Shown here piece by piece: positions 33,734-35,895 of a DNA stretch of 35,895 nt. Made by a program: the position numbers and the translations under genes. This stretch comes from an uncultured Clostridia bacterium (GTDB taxonomy: Bacteria > Bacillota > Clostridia > TANB77 > CAG-508). Numbering within the stretch: position 1 is the stretch's first letter; every line of letters begins with the position of its first letter. The DNA lies in contig CALXWQ010000001.1 of assembly GCA_944392435.1 (NCBI GenBank), forward strand, positions 1-35,895, in the 5' to 3' direction. The notes below the pieces were generated by a model. The model saw only the letters and a program-made list of their open reading frames with translations. It did no database searches and was not told the DNA's origin.

Positions 33734-35713
33734 TTGCTCACTAAAATATTCATTAATCCTATTTATCAATTCTTGTTTTGCCTCTTCTATGGTCATTCCT
33801 TCAACTTGAGCTCCGGCAAGAGTTATATGTCCTCCGCCTCCAAGCTTTTCTAGTATTACCTGTACATTTATGTCTCCAATTGAACGTCCACTTATGCATA
33901 CTTTATCATTTAATCTTCCTATTACAAATGATGCTGTAATATTACTTATTGTAAGTAATTCATCTGCTGCTTTTGCACATACTACATTTGAGTCTTTATC
34001 CTCTTCATCATATATAGAAATTGCTATTGTGTCATACACAAGCTCTGCTCTTCCTATTATGTTTGAAATCTTGTTATATGTGTCTAAATCACTTTGGAAC
34101 CATTTCTTTACTTTAATTATATCAACACCGCATTTACGCAAGTATGCTGCTGCTTCAAATGTTCTTACACCTGTTTTGAATGTAAATGTTTTTGTGTCCA
34201 TCATTATGCCAGAGTATAGTGCCTCTGCCTCTAAGCTTGTTAAGTTAACCTCTTTTTGAGCATATTCTACCAATTCTGTAACCAATTCTGATGCTGACGA
34301 AGCATATACTTCATGGAATGTTAGTGTTGCATTTTCTATATAGTCTGGGCTTCTTCTATGGTGGTCTACAACCATAATCTTTTTGGCTGAACTTAATAGT
34401 TCTGGTGATTCAACATAATTTTTTTTGTTTGTATCAACAACAACCAATAAAGTGTCATCATCTAATATACCTAAAGCAGTATTTGAATCTATTACAATGC
34501 CATTGTATTCTTCATTTTGATTTAATTCATTCAAGAACGCTGAAAGATTATCTCCTCTAGGATTTAAAACTATATATGCATCTTTTTCTAAAGTTTTAGC
34601 TAGTCTATATATTCCCATACTAGAACCAACACAGTCCATGTCTGAATTGCTATGCCCCATTATAATTACTTTGGATGACTCCAAAATTAGTCCTTCTAAC
34701 GCATGAGATACTATCCTTGCCTTAACTTTAGTCCTTTTCTCTAACTCTTGAGTTCTTCCGCCAAAGAACTTGTACTTATCTCCTTCATGTATAACAGCTT
34801 GGTCACCGCCACGTCCTAAAACAATATCTAGTGCTGCCTGAGCGGTTTTGTATTTTTCTAAGTTAGTTGCTCCATCATTTGAAATAGCTATACTTAATGT
34901 AAATTGCATTCTATCTGATGGTTGTATATCTTTTATAATATCCAATATATCAAATTTTTTATCTTCAATCTCTTTAATATATTGCTTTTCAAATATACAT
35001 ACAAAAGTATCTCTTTCTGATTTTAATATAATTCCTTTATAATCAGATGCCCAGTCATATAGCTTTTTCTCTATTTCTGCCATTAGCTGAGTCTTTTCAC
35101 TATCTTCAAGCCTTTGTATAATCTCCTCATAGTTATCTATCATAACTAGTCCAATATACATATCTTTGTTATCAAATAAATCTTCAAGTTCTACTAGTTT
35201 AGTATCATCAACAAAATATATGATAATTATATATTCATCTTTTAAAGGCATATAATCCCCATAAAGCTTATATGTCTTTTTGTCTATTTTTATTTCGTCA
35301 TATATCTTCTCTTTTTTGTTGTTATTTTTTATTTGCAATTTTACATCATTAACTATATTAGTAAGATAATTGTTAATATCAATATTTGCAAATTCTTGAT
35401 TAAATTTTGTATTTCTAAATATCAAATTACCATTTGTCTCAGCAATAACTAGTGGAAATGGCGAATTTACAAGTGCAATTTTTGCTACTTTGTCTAAGCT
35501 AAATGTTAAATTCTTTATGTGCTCTGTTAGTTCCTCTTGCCTTTTATTGTTTGTCCAATATGCATACATTACAATTAATATAAATATAACTACAGATGGT
35601 ATTATAAAGTATGGATTATATATGCATATTACAACCATAAGCAATGCTATTATTGCTAAATATATTTTTGTTTTTGATATTATTTTATCTAAAACTTTTT
35701 TACTATGGTTCAT
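33728..35713 (-). CDS. gdpP: Cyclic-di-AMP phosphodiesterase GdpP (YybT-type DHH/DHHA1 protein)
   Basis: Two N-terminal TM helices, a PAS-like and degenerate GGDEF region, DHH motifs (GHSNSDMDCVGS, VVDTN, VDHHR) and DHHA1 GGGGH. The gdpP-rplI-dnaB order matches B. subtilis yybT-rplI-dnaC. Confidence 0.9.
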   Translation of the reverse strand: MNHSKKVLDKIISKTKIYLAIIALLMVVICIYNPYFIIPSVVIFILIVMYAYWTNNKRQEELTEHIKNLTFSLDKVAKIALVNSPFPLVIAETNGNLIFRNTKFNQEFANIDINNYLTNIVNDVKLQIKNNNKKEKIYDEIKIDKKTYKLYGDYMPLKDEYIIIIYFVDDTKLVELEDLFDNKDMYIGLVMIDNYEEIIQRLEDSEKTQLMAEIEKKLYDWASDYKGIILKSERDTFVCIFEKQYIKEIEDKKFDILDIIKDIQPSDRMQFTLSIAISNDGATNLEKYKTAQAALDIVLGRGGDQAVIHEGDKYKFFGGRTQELEKRTKVKARIVSHALEGLILESSKVIIMGHSNSDMDCVGSSMGIYRLAKTLEKDAYIVLNPRGDNLSAFLNELNQNEEYNGIVIDSNTALGILDDDTLLVVVDTNKKNYVESPELLSSAKKIMVVDHHRRSPDYIENATLTFHEVYASSASELVTELVEYAQKEVNLTSLEAEALYSGIMMDTKTFTFKTGVRTFEAAAYLRKCGVDIIKVKKWFQSDLDTYNKISNIIGRAELVYDTIAISIYDEEDKDSNVVCAKAADELLTISNITASFVIGRLNDKVCISGRSIGDINVQVILEKLGGGGHITLAGAQVEGMTIEEAKQELINRINEYFSEQN

Positions 35714-35760
35714 AAAACCTCCTAAAAACAGTATCTATTGTACTATTTTTAGGAGGTTTT
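35714..35760 (-). promoter_or_regulatory. Hairpin pairing the gdpP Shine-Dalgarno with an upstream anti-SD (also terminator-like)
   Basis: The minus strand reads AAAACCTCCTAAAAA-T-AGTA-CAATAGA-TACT-G-TTTTTAGGAGGTTTT and is immediately followed by the ATG. It has perfect 15-bp outer arms (35746-35760 / 35714-35728) plus a 4-bp inner stem. Confidence 0.6.
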
Positions 35761-35813
35761 GTCAAGGTTACATAATATTGTGTGGAATATTTAAAAATTT
35801 GTTTCTACTTGTT

Positions 35814-35895
35814 TCAATTCACACCTTTTCCACATATACCTTATCATTTACTGCTACTACTGTATATTTGTATAAGTTTGGAATTTCTTTTATCT
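35814..35895 (-). CDS. 3' end of an unidentified upstream gene (partial, enters from the window end)
   Basis: Open minus-strand frame ...DKRNSNLYKYTVVAVNDKVYVEKVWN, stop TGA at 35816-35814. Only 26 codons are visible; no identification is possible. Confidence 0.3.

Overview
This is an AT-rich chromosomal segment (roughly 25-30% G+C by eye, not computed) from a Clostridia-type, probably spore-forming Firmicute. Every credible gene but one lies on the minus strand; the exception is a 54-codon gene that the ORF track missed. By coordinate, the content is: the rpsL 5' end; a three-gene accessory operon (coiled-coil protein, small protein, DUF4160); trmFO; an SNF2-family helicase wedged between trmFO and topA; topA; and a small gene behind tandem Spo0A boxes. 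Next comes a dcw cluster, transcribed right to left as mraZ, rsmH (frameshifted), ftsL, class B PBP, murE, mraY, ftsW/spoVE, murG. To its right is a small island with a class-I-like Fic toxin, an M15/PG-binding peptidase, a VbhA-like antitoxin gene on the + strand and a sortase. The window ends with rsmA, a second class B PBP, ftsH, tilS, dnaB, rplI and gdpP. The most unusual content is non-coding. Most long intergenic spacers, including junctions inside the normally compact dcw cluster, hold two families of nested-palindrome repeats. Family A has 5-6 copies; family B has four copies of about 101 bp plus a relic. All copies share one orientation, with conserved asymmetric cores and compensatory changes in the stems. 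I cannot match either family to a named element. Other notable points: a 538-bp mraZ-rsmH spacer with about 14 direct copies of a short motif; a 1-nt frameshift in rsmH; a Fic toxin whose only candidate antitoxin is 1.2 kb away on the other strand; perfect tandem Spo0A boxes; a MraZ operator; and a hairpin that sequesters the gdpP ribosome-binding site. All protein calls rest on motif recognition in the supplied or hand-made translations. No database search or computation was possible.
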